A stretch of 16,163 nt of DNA from Abditibacteriaceae bacterium (GTDB lineage Bacteria; Armatimonadota; Abditibacteriia; Abditibacteriales; Abditibacteriaceae), in assembly GCA_031372065.1 (NCBI GenBank), contig JANMKN010000106.1, positions 1-16,163 on the forward strand. Reading direction: 5' to 3'. Of the stretch, positions 6,519 to 15,632 are shown one piece after another. Below the pieces are notes generated by a model, which made no database searches, was not told the DNA's origin, and worked only from the letters and a program-made list of their open reading frames with translations. A program made the position numbers and the translations under genes. Each line of letters begins with the position of its first letter. Position 1 is the first letter of the stretch.

Positions 6519-7525
6519 AGTTGTCCTTTGTCATCGGTGTTTAAAATATCGCACAAGGCGCGGGCAGCGGCTAATCCCGACAGGGTGGCGCCTTCGACGC
6601 GCGGCCCCGCGCCGGCGCTGATAAAAGCATCGCCTGCGAAAAAAAGCGACGCCGGTTTTTCAATCATCAAATACGGCGCGGCGTGTGTAACAAGCGGCTT
6701 GGCATAACGCCAGCGATGCGCTTGCGCGGAAATCACTTTGGCGCCCAAATAATCGCGCGCGGCGTTCAGCAAAAGTGCAGTGACCTTTTGCGGCTCGTCT
6801 TCAAAATGTTGGCTTGTCCAATCGCCGCGCGCATGAATTGTGACGCTGCCGGGCAAAGGAGAAATACCTTTTTGGTAGTTATCGGCTATCCACGAAATCG
6901 GCCCATTTTCGATATGTAAAGCGCCCGGAAATGGAATTTTGCTGGCGCCGTCCAATTGCGCTAAAACGGCCCAACTTGGTTCGTAATTGATTTTTTGGAG
7001 CGCGTTCTTTGCGTCGTCGGGCAAGGCAAAATCGCCTTTAAAAAAGGCCAGACTTTGCGGCACGGGCGGCGTGAGAATTAAAGCATCGGCGTGATAAGTT
7101 TCGTTCGCTTCGACGCTCCATTGTGCGCCGTGATAAGTGATGCGTTGCACCGTTTCATTCAAGTGAATTGGCAAAGCATTCGCTAAAAATTTTGGCACAT
7201 CAGTCATGCCTTTCGTGCCACAAAAACGCGGATAGTTTTCGTCTTTTTTGATTTCGTCCGACGGATAACCGCGATACCACTCGCGCGCGATTTGCCCTTG
7301 GCGCATTTCGTCAATCAAACCGGAAAATTCCGTGTTGCGACTCGTGAAAAACTGCGCGCCGTGATCGAAAACGGCATTTTGATTTTCACTTTCCACGCGC
7401 TGCGTTGCCATGCGCCCGCCCACGCGGCGACTTTTTTCGAGTAGCCAAACGTCATGGCCGTTTCTCTTCAATTCGCGCGCCGCCATAAGGCCACAAATGC
7501 CCGCGCCGATGATGCCGATTGTCAT
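6515..7525 (-). CDS. Renalase-like FAD-dependent NAD(P)H oxidoreductase
   Basis: IIGAGICG, EKSRRVGGRMAT, FDHGAQFFT, HRWRYA, AGD and VEGATLSG. Start at ATG 7525 just before the Rossmann motif. The stop overlaps the SPFH start (ATGA, 6515-6518). Confidence 0.88.
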   Translation of the reverse strand: MTIGIIGAGICGLMAARELKRNGHDVWLLEKSRRVGGRMATQRVESENQNAVFDHGAQFFTSRNTEFSGLIDEMRQGQIAREWYRGYPSDEIKKDENYPRFCGTKGMTDVPKFLANALPIHLNETVQRITYHGAQWSVEANETYHADALILTPPVPQSLAFFKGDFALPDDAKNALQKINYEPSWAVLAQLDGASKIPFPGALHIENGPISWIADNYQKGISPLPGSVTIHARGDWTSQHFEDEPQKVTALLLNAARDYLGAKVISAQAHRWRYAKPLVTHAAPYLMIEKPASLFFAGDAFISAGAGPRVEGATLSGLAAARALCDILNTDDKGQL

Positions 7526-7681
7526 GAGAGAAAATTTATCACTAAAATCAGGCGCCACGAGGCATTATTTTATACACGATTTAAGTGAGCCAAATAAATT
7601 ATCTGTGTGGACGGTGACATTGTGTTAACGTAGTGTCAAATTGTTGCGCTTTCTTCAAACGCGCACCCGAAGGAGACCGAA

Positions 7682-10600
7682 ATGCTGAAACAATGGTTCA
7701 ACAACGGGAAATCATCGCGTTTGGTGCATGGTTTAGGCTTTGCCGCTTTGATGAGTTCGTTATTATTGTGCGTCTTGACTCCGGCCCGTGCCGAGACATG
7801 GACGGGTCGCAAAGATGGCTGTGGCGAACCGGGCGCTTCGCTCTGTGGCGATAATGGAACATGGGGCGATAAATACAACTGGAGTAGCGAAACCGTGCCC
7901 GGTGCGCAAGATGATGTGACTATTGCTTTTGGCACAATTAATGGTGGAGCGCGCATCATCAAAAGTCTGACAGTCACCGGCGGCTCACCTGGATTCGACT
8001 CGCTGCTCGTCAAGGAAACTCTACAAGTCAGTGCCGGGGAGATTGGCGTCACTACCACGCTGCAAACCGGCATTCTCACGATGAGTGGTGGCCTCATCAA
8101 CACTCCGGTTGGCTTGCTCAAAGGTGACCGGGAGCAAGACCGCGTTTTCAACTGGACAGGCGGTGTTCTTGTTTCGCCCAACTTTCAGATTCCCATTGAC
8201 GGCAAGTTGATTATCAGCGGCACCAGCCCCAAATACGTCGCAGGCCGCATCATCAACGAAGGCACTGCCACTGCAAAAGGGCGCGGTGTAACGGGTGGAC
8301 TGCCTACAGGCGGCAGTGGCAATGGTTTCACTAACAAGAGCACTGGCACCTTTACGGTGAGCGGCGACTTCCTCTTCCATCAGGATTCGGCCAGTCAGCA
8401 ACAGGTTTTCGACAACGAAGGCATCTTTATAAAGGATGGCGGCGGCACCACTGATATGAGCCTGTTCGTGCTTAACAATACGGGAACTGGTATTGTCCGT
8501 GTGGAAAACGGAACGCTCGTCACAACTCTGGGTGGCACCGGCAATGGCGATTGGACGGTTTTGCCGGGCGCAGTCTTGGATTTGAGCAATTTCGGCCTTT
8601 ACCGCTTTGAAAGCGGCACGACCATAGCGGGTGGTGGCCTGGTGCGCCTGACTACCGGCCTCGTTTACTGCGCTGCTGATGTCACTTTCGGCACAGTCGC
8701 CAGCCCCACAACCTTTCTTTTAAATGGCGGCACAATAGGCACCAACGCTCCCCAAAAATTCTCCATTGCCAGCGGCAGCACTATGAATTGGACGAGCGGT
8801 TCCTTGAACGGCATTCTTGATGTGACACAGGGCGGCAAACTCGTCATCAGCGGTGCGGCAGACAAAACCTTCGACGGCTCGGTTATTAACAATGCAGGAC
8901 TCACAACGTGGACCGGGCCGGGCCTTATTCGTTCGGGCCTCGGATCGCAATTCAATAATCTGGCAACCGGCAACTGGCGCTTGCTTACCGATGGCGACGT
9001 TTTTGGAAGTGGAGTGAATGGCGGCACTTCCGGCACTCATACCAATGCAGGCACCTTGAGCAAATATGGCGGGACGGGAACCACTAACTTTGTCTTCGGG
9101 CTTGCCAATACCGGCATCCTCGAAGCGAAAAGCGGCATTTTGGTGTCCGCGAATGATCTCACACTCGATACTGGTTCGCGCTTCATCGGAGCAGGGACGC
9201 ATCGTTTGTTGGGTGGGAGCGTCGCCGGAAACACCACTGTTGAAGGCACTGTAGAACTACTGAGCGGCACTCTTTTCTCGAACACCGACACACCGGTCTT
9301 TAAAGTGGCATCAGGTGGCATCTTCAACTGGAAAGGCGGCTACCTCAATGCCGGGGGCGTGGCTCCCGGCGTCTTTACTATCGCTACTGGTGGCAAATTG
9401 AACATCAGCGGTCCGGCCATCAAAGAGTTCAACCGCATTACCAATGCGGGCACCACGACATTAGATGGCGGCGGTGATTTAACCGGATACGCGGGCGTTT
9501 TCACCAACACCGGCACCTTCAACGCTCTCAACGGCGCGACATTGATTGCCGGCGCATACAACAATGCCGGCCACTCAACTTTCCTCAACGAAGGCACGCT
9601 CAACATCGGCACGCCGGGGACAGCGGGCACCTTCAATGTAACGCTGTCGAATTACACGCAGACGGCAACAGGTCGTTTGAATGTGGACATCGGCGGCGCG
9701 AGCAGTTTTGACAAGCTGAATCTGAACGGTCTATCAAACCCCGGTGTTGGCGGCGGCACCGCGACATTGGCCGGCAAAGTCAACGTGAGTTTGCTCAATG
9801 GCTTTGTGCCACCGCCCGATTCGCTGTATCGTGTCATGCCCTTTCTGGCTCAATCAGGAGAATTCTCCCAAATCGTGGATGGCAACCCCACAGATAAGCG
9901 CACCTTCGCCGCGCTCTACAACGCCACCAGTTTCAGTCTCAAGGCCTTGCAAGTGCCGCCTTTGCTCACCATCGGCAACGCCACTATCGCCGAAAACAAT
10001 GCGGGCGGCATTAGCCTCAACTTCCCCGTCACGCTGTCTTTTGCCAGCGATGAAACGGTAACCGCCGCTTATGCCACCAGCAACGGCACAGCGACAGCGG
10101 GCAAGGATTACACCGCCACTTCCGGCACGCTCACTTTTGCGCCCGGCCAAATCGCTAAAACGATTACGGTGCCGATTTTAGGTGACACCACCGATGAAGA
10201 CGATGAACAATTCAATCTCACTTTGAACAACAGCAAGGCCCTGCCTGCAACAGTCACTGTTACCGGCACCATCCGCGATGAAGATGGGCCGCCGGGCTTT
10301 TCGATCAACGATATCAGCATCAGCGAAAGCAATAGCGGCAAAAAGTTCGCAACCTTCACGGTTTTGTTGTCGGCTCTGAGCGAGAAAACCACCGGCATCA
10401 CCTGTTATACCGCTGATGGCACGGCGCGCACGCCAAGTGATTACACCGCCAAGCGCGTTAATCTGTCGTTTGGCAAAGGGCAAATCACCAGCAGTTTCAG
10501 CGTTGAACTCAACGGCGATACTACAGACGAAATCAACGAAGTGTTTTACGCTTTGCTAACCTTGCCCATCAACGCCGGTGTCGCCAAAGCGCGCGGCGTT

Positions 10601-11320
10601 TGCACCATCACCAATGACGATTTGCCGCCGACGGTTTCGATTGATGACGTTTCGCTTGGCGAAGGACAGGGTGGCACGCGCTCGATAGTCTTTCATTTGC
10701 GCCTCGCACAGGTTAGCGGTAAGGTCGTCAAAGTCAACTTTGCTACTGCACTCGGCACGACTTTTCCGGCCAGCGCAGGCACCGACTTTGTTGCAGTGCC
10801 ACCAACAACGGTTTCCATTAGCGCGGGCACAACTATCGCTTTAGCCCGCGTGGTCATCAACGGTGACTTATTGGACGAAGAAAACGAAACCTTCAAAGTC
10901 AATTTGAGCAGTCCGGTCAACGCCACCATTTTAGATGGTCAGGGCATTGGCACCATTCTCGATGACGATGCGGCGCCCTCGCTTTCCATCAATGATGTCA
11001 GCATTCAGGAAGGCAATGGGGGCACTAAAACTTTGTCTTTCACGGTAACGCAATCGGGAATCACTGCCAAAACCGTCGCGGTGAATTTCGCTACCGCCGA
11101 TGGCACGGCACGTTCGACCAGCGACTATACAGCCAAAAGCGGCACGCTGAGTTTTGTGCCGGGCAGTGCGCTGAGTAAAAGCATCAGCATCACAATCAAC
11201 GGCGACACGGTTGCCGAAGGCGATGAAAGTTTCTTCGTGTTCTTATCGGGTGCGCTAAATGCCAGCATCGGCAAGGCGCGCGGTGTCGGCATCATTACCA
11301 ACGACGACGCTTCCGGCTAA
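7682..11320 (+). CDS. Large secreted/surface protein: Gly/Thr/Asn-rich beta-helix-like passenger region plus four C-terminal Calx-beta domains
   Basis: AAGGAG SD and a signal peptide ending TPARA|E. Four repeats of the type SI.D.SI.EGN.G....F.V.LS......V...T..GTA...DY....G.L.F..G......V.I.GD...E..E.F...L from about 9962 to the end. Confidence 0.88.
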   Translation: MLKQWFNNGKSSRLVHGLGFAALMSSLLLCVLTPARAETWTGRKDGCGEPGASLCGDNGTWGDKYNWSSETVPGAQDDVTIAFGTINGGARIIKSLTVTGGSPGFDSLLVKETLQVSAGEIGVTTTLQTGILTMSGGLINTPVGLLKGDREQDRVFNWTGGVLVSPNFQIPIDGKLIISGTSPKYVAGRIINEGTATAKGRGVTGGLPTGGSGNGFTNKSTGTFTVSGDFLFHQDSASQQQVFDNEGIFIKDGGGTTDMSLFVLNNTGTGIVRVENGTLVTTLGGTGNGDWTVLPGAVLDLSNFGLYRFESGTTIAGGGLVRLTTGLVYCAADVTFGTVASPTTFLLNGGTIGTNAPQKFSIASGSTMNWTSGSLNGILDVTQGGKLVISGAADKTFDGSVINNAGLTTWTGPGLIRSGLGSQFNNLATGNWRLLTDGDVFGSGVNGGTSGTHTNAGTLSKYGGTGTTNFVFGLANTGILEAKSGILVSANDLTLDTGSRFIGAGTHRLLGGSVAGNTTVEGTVELLSGTLFSNTDTPVFKVASGGIFNWKGGYLNAGGVAPGVFTIATGGKLNISGPAIKEFNRITNAGTTTLDGGGDLTGYAGVFTNTGTFNALNGATLIAGAYNNAGHSTFLNEGTLNIGTPGTAGTFNVTLSNYTQTATGRLNVDIGGASSFDKLNLNGLSNPGVGGGTATLAGKVNVSLLNGFVPPPDSLYRVMPFLAQSGEFSQIVDGNPTDKRTFAALYNATSFSLKALQVPPLLTIGNATIAENNAGGISLNFPVTLSFASDETVTAAYATSNGTATAGKDYTATSGTLTFAPGQIAKTITVPILGDTTDEDDEQFNLTLNNSKALPATVTVTGTIRDEDGPPGFSINDISISESNSGKKFATFTVLLSALSEKTTGITCYTADGTARTPSDYTAKRVNLSFGKGQITSSFSVELNGDTTDEINEVFYALLTLPINAGVAKARGVCTITNDDLPPTVSIDDVSLGEGQGGTRSIVFHLRLAQVSGKVVKVNFATALGTTFPASAGTDFVAVPPTTVSISAGTTIALARVVINGDLLDEENETFKVNLSSPVNATILDGQGIGTILDDDAAPSLSINDVSIQEGNGGTKTLSFTVTQSGITAKTVAVNFATADGTARSTSDYTAKSGTLSFVPGSALSKSISITINGDTVAEGDESFFVFLSGALNASIGKARGVGIITNDDASG

Positions 11321-11338
11321 ATGACCTGCTGCAAAACG

Positions 11339-11382
11339 AAAAGGCGGTTTTCATGAAAATTTCATGGAAACCGCCTTTTTTT
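11339..11382 (+). terminator. Intrinsic terminator
   Basis: AAAAGGCGGTTTTCATGAAA-A-TTTCATGGAAACCGCCTTTT followed by more T; one G-U pair. Confidence 0.85.
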
Positions 11383-11419
11383 GTCCAGTTTTTGTATTTT
11401 CAATGATATAACACATAGC

Positions 11420-12427
11420 ATGAGTATTAAAAATAGTTTGCCGCGCGCCGCCTTTTTTGGCGACGAAAATCGTATTGCGCGCGTTTATGCGCAAGGGCGA
11501 CGCGCGCAAGTGGCGGCGCAAACCAATCTTTATCCGCACGTTGTTTCGGGCGCGGACTTTGAAAATCACGCGCCGCACTTGCACGATTTGGAAGTGATTT
11601 TTTCGACGTGGGGCATGCCGCAATTGCAAGCCGCGCAGGTGGAACTGTTGCCGAATTTGAAAGCGGTCTTTTATGCGGCGGGCAGCGTGCAAAATTTCGC
11701 GCGCCCGTTTTTGGAACGAGACATTCTCGTCGTCAGCGCGTGGCAGGCCAACGGCGTGCCGGTTGCCGAGTTTGCACTCGCGCAAATTTTGCTGGCGAAT
11801 AAAGGCTATTTCGCCAACACGCGCACGTTTATTTCGCCCGAAAGTCGCGCCAAAGCCCCGCACGGGCCGGGCAATTTCGGCGCGAATGTGGCGCTTCTTG
11901 GCGCGGGCGCCATTGGCCGCAAAGTTATCGAATTGTTGCGCCCGTTTCACTTGAAAATCCTCGTTTTTGACCCGTTTTTAAGCGCAGAAAACGCGGCGCA
12001 ATGGGGCGTTGAAAAAGTGGAACTGCCCCAAGCATTTGCACGCGCCATTGTAGTCAGCAATCACCTTGCGAATTTGCCGCAAACTGTCAAAATGCTGCGC
12101 GCAGAACATTTCGCGGCGATGCCAAACGGCGCGACTTTTATCAACACCGGGCGCGGCGCAACTGTGGATGAAGATGCCCTGATTCGTGTTTTGCAAGAGC
12201 GCCCCGATTTAACCGCGCTTTTGGATGTAACTCATCCTGAACCACCAATTGAAAACTCACCATTTTATCAATTGCCGAATGTGCAACTGAGTTCGCACAT
12301 TGCTGGTTCACTCGGCGATGAAGTCGTGCGCATGGCCGATTATATGCTCGAAGAATTCGCCCGTTGGCAACGCGGCGAAGCCTTACGCTATGTGGTGACA
12401 ATGGAAATGCTGGAAACAATGGCTTAG
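11420..12427 (+). CDS. D-isomer-specific 2-hydroxyacid dehydrogenase (SerA/PGDH-like family)
   Basis: GAGAIG NAD-binding motif, INTGRG (Arg), LDVTHPEP (Glu) and SSHIAG (His). Start placed at ATG 11420. Confidence 0.92.
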   Translation: MSIKNSLPRAAFFGDENRIARVYAQGRRAQVAAQTNLYPHVVSGADFENHAPHLHDLEVIFSTWGMPQLQAAQVELLPNLKAVFYAAGSVQNFARPFLERDILVVSAWQANGVPVAEFALAQILLANKGYFANTRTFISPESRAKAPHGPGNFGANVALLGAGAIGRKVIELLRPFHLKILVFDPFLSAENAAQWGVEKVELPQAFARAIVVSNHLANLPQTVKMLRAEHFAAMPNGATFINTGRGATVDEDALIRVLQERPDLTALLDVTHPEPPIENSPFYQLPNVQLSSHIAGSLGDEVVRMADYMLEEFARWQRGEALRYVVTMEMLETMA

Positions 12428-12473
12428 AAAATCCCTGAAATTGGCCGCGAATCTTCGATACGAAAAAACAAAG

Positions 12474-12508
12474 AAAAACGACGCTATTTTTAAAATAGCG
12501 TCGTTTTT
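12474..12508. terminator. Bidirectional intrinsic terminator
   Basis: Perfect 17-bp inverted repeat AAAAACGACGCTATTTT-T-AAAATAGCGTCGTTTTT between convergent genes. Confidence 0.85.
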
Positions 12509-12553
12509 ACGAAACGAAGTTTGCGTAATCGAAGGTTTAGCGGCTATTATTCA

Positions 12554-14395
12554 TCAAATCTCCCAATGCTCCGGTGAGCGCCATAGGCTGGAGAGAATCA
12601 GGTCGCGGACGGAGCGGAATTCTTTGGGCAGGCGGTCGTAGAGTTTGATGAACAATTCTTCGTGCGAGAGCATTTCGGCTTGCCATTCCTCGCGATCAAC
12701 CGACATCAATTCGTGAAAACGCGGGCGCGGAAAGTCTTCCAAGCCGCTCCAATCCAAATCGCGGTAGCGCGGCATCCAACCGATGGGGCCTTCGATGCTG
12801 ACCGCGCGGCCATTGGCGCGCTCGACAATCCACTTTAAAACGCGCATATTCTCGCCGAAGCCGGGCCACAAAAATTCTCCTTGTTCATCGGCGCGAAACC
12901 AGTTGACACCAAAAATGCGCGGCGGATTGGGAATCGAGCGCCCGAATTGCAGCCAGTGATTGAAATAATCGCCCATGTGGTAGCCGCAAAACGGCAGCAT
13001 GGCAAAGGGGTCGCGCCGCACAAGACCGGTTTGTCCTGTCGCGGCGGCGGTGGTTTCACTGCCCATCGTGGCCGCCAAATAAACGCCGTAAATCCAGTTG
13101 AACGATTGATAAACCAGTGGCATCAGTGTGCTGCGTCGCCCACCGAAAACAAAGGCTTTAATCGGCACGCCGGAGGGCTTTTCCCAATCGGGATCAATGC
13201 ACGGGCACTGGCCCGCCGGAGCCGTAAAACGCGCATTGGGATGCGCTGCTTTGCTGCCCGAAAAGGGCGTCCACGCGTTGCCCTGCCAATCTGTTAAATG
13301 CGGTGGTTTTTCTTTGGTCATGCCTTCCCACCACACATCGCCATCGGGCGTCAGCGCCACATTCGTAAAAATGGTGTGGGCGCGCAGAGTTTCCATCGCG
13401 TTCGGGTTGGTATCGTAAGAAGTGCCCGGCGCCACGCCGAAATAACCCGCTTCGGGGTTAATCGCGTAAAGCAAGCCGTCGTTGCCGGGTTTAATCCATG
13501 CGATGTCGTCGCCGACGGTGGTCACTTTCCAATCTTGCAGCGCCGGAGGCGGAATCAGCATGGCGAAATTGGTTTTGCCACAGGCGCTGGGAAACGCCGC
13601 TGCTAAATAAGTTTTTTCGCCTTCGGGCGATTCCACGCCTAAAATTAACATATGCTCGGCCAGCCAGCCCTCATCGCGCGCCATGTCGGACGCGATGCGC
13701 AGCGCCAAACATTTTTTGCCGAGCAGCGCATTGCCGCCGTAGCCGCTGCCGTAACTCCAAATAGCGCGCTCTTCGGGGAAATGCACGATGTATTTGTTGT
13801 CTTTGTTGCACGGCCACGGCACATCGCTTTGGCCTTCTAAAGGCACGCCGACAGAATGCATACACGGAATGTAGTCGCCTTTTTCGCCCAGCACATCGAA
13901 AACCGCGCGGCCCATGCGCGTCATGATTTTCATGTTGACCACAACATAAGGCGAATCGGTGAGTTCAATGCCGATTTGCGCTATCGGCGAACCCAATGGC
14001 CCCATCGAAAACGGCACCACATACATTGTCCGCCCGCGCATACAGCCCTCGAAAAGGCCGTCCAAAATGGCTTTCATTTTCTTGGGCGCCATCCAGTTAT
14101 TTGTCGGCCCGGCGTCGGCTTTACCGAACGAGCAAATAAACGTGCGATCTTCGACGCGCGCCACATCAGCCGGGTCGGAGCGCGCCAAAAAACTGTGCGG
14201 GCGTAAGGCTTCGTTCAAGCGAATAAAGGTGCCCGATTCGACGAGTTCATTGCAGAGGCGCGCGTTTTCGTCTTCGGAGCCATCGCACCAATAAACGGCG
14301 TCCGGCTGGCACAAATTCACCATGCGCGACACCCATTTCACAAGGCCCGCGTGCTGCACATAATCCGGCGTATTCAACGAATTTTCTTTTTTCAT
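12554..14395 (-). CDS. pckG: Phosphoenolpyruvate carboxykinase (GTP)
   Basis: [61 protein letters not shown] and [20 protein letters not shown] before ATG 14395. Confidence 0.97.
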   Translation of the reverse strand: MKKENSLNTPDYVQHAGLVKWVSRMVNLCQPDAVYWCDGSEDENARLCNELVESGTFIRLNEALRPHSFLARSDPADVARVEDRTFICSFGKADAGPTNNWMAPKKMKAILDGLFEGCMRGRTMYVVPFSMGPLGSPIAQIGIELTDSPYVVVNMKIMTRMGRAVFDVLGEKGDYIPCMHSVGVPLEGQSDVPWPCNKDNKYIVHFPEERAIWSYGSGYGGNALLGKKCLALRIASDMARDEGWLAEHMLILGVESPEGEKTYLAAAFPSACGKTNFAMLIPPPALQDWKVTTVGDDIAWIKPGNDGLLYAINPEAGYFGVAPGTSYDTNPNAMETLRAHTIFTNVALTPDGDVWWEGMTKEKPPHLTDWQGNAWTPFSGSKAAHPNARFTAPAGQCPCIDPDWEKPSGVPIKAFVFGGRRSTLMPLVYQSFNWIYGVYLAATMGSETTAAATGQTGLVRRDPFAMLPFCGYHMGDYFNHWLQFGRSIPNPPRIFGVNWFRADEQGEFLWPGFGENMRVLKWIVERANGRAVSIEGPIGWMPRYRDLDWSGLEDFPRPRFHELMSVDREEWQAEMLSHEELFIKLYDRLPKEFRSVRDLILSSLWRSPEHWEI

Positions 14396-14484
14396 GTCTT
14401 CCTTGCGTTCCCATCGCGCGGAGGCACTCTGTTTTGCTGATTTTAGCCCGTTTTTCGCCGAAAAACGGGCATTTTGCGTTAAAA

Positions 14485-14593
14485 ACCCATTTGAAATCGC
14501 CAAAAGCCGACTTGCATTTGCCAAAAGCCGAGGCGCTTTTAGCGATTGCCGAAGCGCTTTTAGCGATTGCAGGTCGGCTTTTGCCGATTGCCG
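14485..14593. repeat. Imperfect 21-bp tandem repeat array, also self-complementary
   Basis: GCCGACTTGCATTTGCCAAAA (14506), GCCGAGGCGCTTTTAGCGATT (14527), GCCGAAGCGCTTTTAGCGATT (14548) and GCAGGTCGGCTTTTGCCGATT (14569). Confidence 0.85.
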
Positions 14594-14641
14594 TTAAGTA
14601 AAACGCAAAGTGGGACGCAAGATTTTCAAAATGCTTATCGC

Positions 14642-14676
14642 AAAAAACAAAAGCGAACCGTTTAGGCTCGCTTTTG
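14642..14676 (-). terminator. Intrinsic terminator after the TerC gene
   Basis: Minus strand CAAAAGCGAGCC-TAAAC-GGTTCGCTTTTG followed by TTTTTT. Confidence 0.8.
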
Positions 14677-14682
14677 CTTGGT

Positions 14683-15618
14683 TCAGGCCATGATAGAGTG
14701 GCTGTCTTTGGCTTTCGGCCATTTCAGCGAAGCCACAATCGAAGCGCCTAAGATCAGCGCGATGATGAGCAGCGAAAGCGCTGGAGAAATTTTCACGAAA
14801 CTTACCAAGGCCATTTTGGAGCCGACGAACATGAGGATGCTGGCAAGGCCGTAATGCAAATAATGAAACAGCGCCATGATGCCCGCTAAGGCGAAATACA
14901 AGGCGCGCAGGCCCAAAATCGCAAAGACGTTCGAGGTGTAAACCAGAAACGGCTCTTCGGTGATGGCGATAATGGCCGGAATCGAATCAACGGCGAAAAT
15001 TAAATCGGTAAATTCGACCATCAAAAGCGCGATAAATAAAGGGGTTGCCCAGCGTTTGCCGTTTTCCATGACGAAGAATTTGCCGCCGCGAAAATCGGAG
15101 GTAACCGGCATCACGCGGCGAAACGCTTTGACCAGCGGATTTTTATCCGGCTCTAATTTCTTGTCTTTTTGAAAGAGCATTTTAAAGCCGGAAAAAATCA
15201 AAAACGCGCCGAAAACATAGATCATCCAGTGGAATTTGTGAATCAGTTCGATGCCCAGCCACACAAACAAACCACGCATGACAAGTGCGCCCAAAATGCC
15301 CCAAAACAGCACTTTGTGCTGATATTTTTCGGGCACATGAAAGTAGCTGAAAATCAGCGCGATGACAAACAAATTGTCTATGCTCAGTGATTTTTCGATG
15401 AGGTAGCCGGTCAAAAATTCCAGCGCTGGCTTGGCGCCATGCGCGAAATAAATCCACGCGTTAAAACAAAGCGCGAGACCAATCCACACCGCGCTCCATG
15501 TCAGCGCTTCTTTTATACCGACGGTGTGCGACTTGCGATGAAACACGCCCAAATCCAGCGCCAGCATCGCTAAGACGAACACCAAAAAACCAATCCACCA
15601 GCCCGTGGAAATTTCCAT
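14683..15618 (-). CDS. terC: TerC/Alx family integral membrane protein (Mn2+-related metal homeostasis)
   Basis: LALDLG, FLTGYLIEKSLSIDNLFV, VLFWGILGALVMRG, EFTDLIFAVDSIPAI and YTSNVFAILGLRALYF. AAGGAG SD. Confidence 0.95.
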   Translation of the reverse strand: MEISTGWWIGFLVFVLAMLALDLGVFHRKSHTVGIKEALTWSAVWIGLALCFNAWIYFAHGAKPALEFLTGYLIEKSLSIDNLFVIALIFSYFHVPEKYQHKVLFWGILGALVMRGLFVWLGIELIHKFHWMIYVFGAFLIFSGFKMLFQKDKKLEPDKNPLVKAFRRVMPVTSDFRGGKFFVMENGKRWATPLFIALLMVEFTDLIFAVDSIPAIIAITEEPFLVYTSNVFAILGLRALYFALAGIMALFHYLHYGLASILMFVGSKMALVSFVKISPALSLLIIALILGASIVASLKWPKAKDSHSIMA

Positions 15619-15632
15619 GAAAACTTCTCCTT

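Noticed and set aside
5760..6707. 315-aa plus-strand ORF, and similar antisense ORFs over the PhyH, Calx-beta, dehydrogenase and pckG genes
   Set aside because: They overlap well-supported genes on the opposite strand and have no recognisable motifs or SD.
7526..7681. NrtR or Rex operator upstream of the renalase-SPFH-kinase operon
   Set aside because: I found no convincing GT-N7-AC palindrome or TTGTGAA-N4-TTCACAA box.
14396..14524. N-terminal extension of pckG given by the ORF track (also those at 4000-4098, 4447-4485, 7526-7558, 11381-11419 and 15975-16064)
   Set aside because: These extensions run through terminators, repeats or promoter-like sequence. Downstream ATGs fit the SD or promoter position and the family N-termini better.
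14485..14593. Possible CRISPR array
   Set aside because: The units are contiguous 21-mers without unique spacers, and there are no cas genes in the window.
14394..14597. 67-aa plus-strand ORF with 7-aa repeats
   Set aside because: Most simply a by-product of the 21-bp repeat. It has no SD and its start overlaps the divergent pckG start.
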